Program-made: the position numbers and the translations under genes
Shown here: in pieces, positions 6,961 to 9,898 of the stretch
Numbering within the stretch: the first letter of the stretch is position 1
Layout: each line of letters starts with the position of its first letter
The notes under the pieces: model-generated
Databases searched by the model: none
The model's input: only the letters and a program-made list of their open reading frames with translations
What the model was told of the DNA's origin: nothing
Virus record (IMG/VR): IMGVR_UViG_2698536628_000004
DNA: 9,898 nt
Strand: one strand, 5' to 3'
Source: a virus
Taxonomy: Duplodnaviria; Heunggongvirae; Uroviricota; Caudoviricetes

Positions 6961-9553
6961 TCTGGTTATTGATTTGAGTCTGGATGCGGCCCGGTTTGAT
7001 GAACAGATGGCCCGGGTACACCGTCATTTTTCCAGTCTGGAGGCGGATGCCAGAAAAACCGCCAGTACTGTTGAACAGGGGCTGAGCCGACAGGCGCTGG
7101 CTGCACAAAAAGCCGGGATATCAGTCGGACAGTATAAGGCTGCCATGCGCACACTGCCCGCACAGTTCACGGATATTGTCACTCAGCTTGCCGGTGGTCA
7201 GAATCCCTTCCTTATCATGCTGCAGCAGGGGGGGCAGATCAGCGATTCATTCGGTGGACCGCTCAGCCTGCTTACCCTGCTGAAGGAGGAACTTCTCGGG
7301 ATCAGGGATGCCTCTGAATCATCAGAGGAGTCGCTGTCAGATACGGCAAATGCACTGGCTGAAAATGCCCGGAATGCCGGTGAGCTGGGACGATTTATGT
7401 CGGTGGCCCGTGTGGCGGCAGGTGGCGGGGTTGCCGTACTGGCCGCGCTTGCTGCCGCCGCCTGGCAGGCAGAGCAGGCTGACCGGGCCTTATTGCGTTC
7501 ACTGATCCTGACCGGAGGGGCGGCTGCCACCACAACGGCAGAATTGTGGAAAATGGCCGGGGTGATCAGCGATGAAGCCGGTGGTGGTATCAGACAGGCG
7601 GCAGAAAATCTGGCCCGTCTGGCAGAAAGCGGGAAATATACCGCCGGGCAGCTACGGATCATGGGGGAAACCTCTCAGAGATGGCTGCAGACGGTGGGGG
7701 ACGATGCCGGGAAGGTGGAAAAAGCCTTTGAAGGGATTGCAGCAGATCCGGTGAAGGCGCTGGCCTCCCTGAATCAGCAGTATAACTTCCTGAGCGTTTC
7801 CCAGTTACGCCATATTGATGAGCTTGAGCGCACGAAAGGTAAACAGGCTGCGGTGACGGAGGCGATGTCCCTGTTTGCGGATGTCATGAATGCACGTCTG
7901 GAGCAACTTGATAAAGCGGCCACGCCGGTGGAAAAAATCTGGGACGATGTTAAAACCTGGACTTCTGACGCATGGGCATGGATAGGTGATCATACACTGG
8001 GGGCACTCAGTCTGATCACTGACGTGGTGGCCGGAACCGTTGAACAAGTGAAGCTGCTGCTTGTGCAGGGGGATCTGGCGCTGGCTGAATTTATTCAGTC
8101 AGCCTGGGAAACGACAAAGAATGTGCCCGGCGTTGGTGCGTTGTTTGGTGAACTGGCAGAAGAGAACCGCGTATTTATTGAGAAAACAAAACGCGATGAA
8201 CTGGCGCTGAGAAAATCCATTGCGGAACGGGATGCGCGTATACGCCAGGGGGAAATGGGGTACATCAACCGCTCGCGTGCAACAGGCGTCAGCAAAGGTC
8301 CTGGGCAGCAGGAAGCCGTCAGCCGTCTGGCTGAAGAGCTGACAGGTAAAAAGCATACATCACCGAAAACGCGCTCTGCCGGGGAGAGGGAAGAGGAGCA
8401 GGCAAGAGAGGCTCTGCTTGCCCTTGAAGCTGAGCTCAGGACGCTGGAAAAACACAGCGGTGCGAATGAGAAAATCAGTCGGCAGCGCCGTGATTTATGG
8501 AAGGCGGAAAGTCAGTATGCGGTCCTGAAAGAGGCTGCCACGAAACGGCAGTTATCCTGGCAGGAAAAATCCCTGCTGGCCCATGAGAAAGAGACGCTGG
8601 AGTACAAACGCCAGCTGGCTGACCTGGGCGACAAGGTTGAACACCAGAAACGCCTGAATGAGCTGGCACAGCAGGCGGTGCGGTTTGAAGAGCAGCAGAG
8701 CGCGAAGCAGGCCGCCATCAGCGCAAAAGCCCGCGGTCTCACTGACCGTCAGGCGCAGCGGGAGTCTGAAGCGCAGCGTCTTCGGGACGTGTACGGTGAT
8801 AATCCGCAGGCGCTGGCCCGGGTCACTGGGGCACTGAAACAGACATGGGCGGATGAAGACATGCTGCGCGGTGACTGGCTGGCCGGGCTGAAGTCCGGCT
8901 GGGGGGAGTGGGCGGAAAGTGCGACGGACAGTTTTTCGCAGGTTAAAAGTGCTGCCACGCAGACCTTTGACGGTATTGCACAGAATATGGCGGCGATGCT
9001 GACCGGTGCAGAGGCAGACTGGCGGGGATTCACCCGTTCGGTGCTGTCCATGATGACAGAAATCCTGCTTAAACAGGCCATGGTGGGCATTGTCGGGCGT
9101 ATCGGCAGCGCCATTGGCGGTGCTTTCGGTGGTGGTGCATCTGCTTCCTCGGGGACGGCCATTGAGGCTGCGGCGGCGAACTTCCATTTCGCGACCGGAG
9201 GATTTACGGGGACGGGCGGCAAATATGAGCCTGCGGGGATAGTTCACCGCGGGGAGTTTGTTTTCACGAAAGAGGCAACCAGCCGGATAGGTGTGGGGAA
9301 TCTTTACCGTCTGATGCGCGGCTATGCGGAAGGTGGTTATGTGGGTGGTGCCGGAAGTCCGGCGCAGATGCGGCGGGCGGAAGGTATTAATTTTAATCAG
9401 AACAATCACGTGGTGATTCAGAACGACGGTATCAACGGACAGGCGGGGCCGCAGCTGATGAAGGCGGTGTATGACATGGCCCGCAAGGGGGCGCAGGATG
9501 AGCTCCGGCTGCAGTTGCGTGATGGCGGTATGTTATCAGGGAGCGGGCGATGA
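6941..9553 (+). CDS. H: Tail tape measure protein H
   Basis: ATG at 6941 preceded by GGAGGTG, overlapping the T end by 20 nt. The product is 870 aa. The N-terminus (MSQPAGDLVIDLSLDAARFDEQMARV…) and C-terminal third (…LRTLEKHSGANEKISRQRRDLWKAESQYAVL…GGFTGTGGKYEPAGIVHRGEFVFTKEATSRIGVGNLYRLMRGYA…) match lambda gpH as recalled; the central region is divergent. Confidence 0.9.
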   Translation: MSQPAGDLVIDLSLDAARFDEQMARVHRHFSSLEADARKTASTVEQGLSRQALAAQKAGISVGQYKAAMRTLPAQFTDIVTQLAGGQNPFLIMLQQGGQISDSFGGPLSLLTLLKEELLGIRDASESSEESLSDTANALAENARNAGELGRFMSVARVAAGGGVAVLAALAAAAWQAEQADRALLRSLILTGGAAATTTAELWKMAGVISDEAGGGIRQAAENLARLAESGKYTAGQLRIMGETSQRWLQTVGDDAGKVEKAFEGIAADPVKALASLNQQYNFLSVSQLRHIDELERTKGKQAAVTEAMSLFADVMNARLEQLDKAATPVEKIWDDVKTWTSDAWAWIGDHTLGALSLITDVVAGTVEQVKLLLVQGDLALAEFIQSAWETTKNVPGVGALFGELAEENRVFIEKTKRDELALRKSIAERDARIRQGEMGYINRSRATGVSKGPGQQEAVSRLAEELTGKKHTSPKTRSAGEREEEQAREALLALEAELRTLEKHSGANEKISRQRRDLWKAESQYAVLKEAATKRQLSWQEKSLLAHEKETLEYKRQLADLGDKVEHQKRLNELAQQAVRFEEQQSAKQAAISAKARGLTDRQAQRESEAQRLRDVYGDNPQALARVTGALKQTWADEDMLRGDWLAGLKSGWGEWAESATDSFSQVKSAATQTFDGIAQNMAAMLTGAEADWRGFTRSVLSMMTEILLKQAMVGIVGRIGSAIGGAFGGGASASSGTAIEAAAANFHFATGGFTGTGGKYEPAGIVHRGEFVFTKEATSRIGVGNLYRLMRGYAEGGYVGGAGSPAQMRRAEGINFNQNNHVVIQNDGINGQAGPQLMKAVYDMARKGAQDELRLQLRDGGMLSGSGR

Positions 9554-9879
9554 AAACATTTCGCTGGAAAGTGAAGCCGGATATGGAGGTGAACTCGCAG
9601 CCATCGGTGCGTGAAGTGCGTTTTGGTGACGGGTACTCACAGCGTATGGCGGCAGGGCTGAATGCTGACCTGAAAACATACCGTGTGACGCTTTCCGTGA
9701 CCCGGGAGGAGGCCCGGCATCTGGAAGCGTTCCTGGCAGAGCACGGAGGCTGGAAGGCATTTTTGTGGAAGCCACCCTATGCATACCGGCAGATAAAGGT
9801 GACCTGTGCCGGGTGGTCTGCGCGGGTCGGGATGTTGCGCGTTGAGTTCAGCGCGGAGTTTAAGCAGGTGGTGAACTGA
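9550..9879 (+). CDS. M: Minor tail protein M
   Basis: ATG at 9550 overlaps the H stop (ATGA). The 109-aa product MKTFRWKVKPDMEVNSQPSVREVRFGDGYSQR…RVEFSAEFKQVVN matches lambda gpM as recalled. Confidence 0.9.
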   Translation: MKTFRWKVKPDMEVNSQPSVREVRFGDGYSQRMAAGLNADLKTYRVTLSVTREEARHLEAFLAEHGGWKAFLWKPPYAYRQIKVTCAGWSARVGMLRVEFSAEFKQVVN

Positions 9880-9898
9880 TGCAGGATATTCACGAAGA
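9879..9898 (+). CDS. L: Minor tail protein L, 5' end only (3'-partial at the window edge)
   Basis: ATG at 9879 overlaps the M stop (TGATG). The first codons MQDIHEE resemble the start of lambda gpL (MQDIRQE…). Only 20 nt are visible. Confidence 0.55.

Noticed and set aside
8552-9409. 285-aa ORF on the minus strand
   Set aside because: It lies entirely antisense to the well-supported tape measure gene H. The product is Arg/Pro/Cys/His-rich and low-complexity, typical of antisense frames of GC-rich coding DNA, and there is no credible ribosome-binding site.

Overview
This window is a contiguous late (morphogenesis) operon of a lambda-like (lambdoid) siphovirus, all on the + strand, most likely from an enterobacterial prophage. 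Gene order and spacing follow phage lambda: portal B (5'-truncated by the window edge) - protease C with nested in-frame scaffold Nu3 - decoration protein D - major capsid protein E - FI - FII - Z - U - major tail protein V - tail assembly chaperones G and G-T - tape measure H - M - start of L. I found no cargo, defence system, CRISPR array, tRNA or mobile element, and the tight lambda-like packing leaves no room for one, so I do not claim a novel system here. Two things stand out. (1) The major tail protein gene V is broken by a frameshifting internal deletion of roughly 92 nt, so this copy is probably a defective prophage unless it is an assembly error. (2) The G-T chaperone frameshift appears to use an in-register A_AAA_AAG heptamer rather than lambda's G_GGA_AAG. 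G, T and the central part of H look divergent from lambda, while the head genes look near-identical, suggesting mosaic exchange. All homology statements come from my recollection of lambda protein sequences and gene coordinates; no database search was run.
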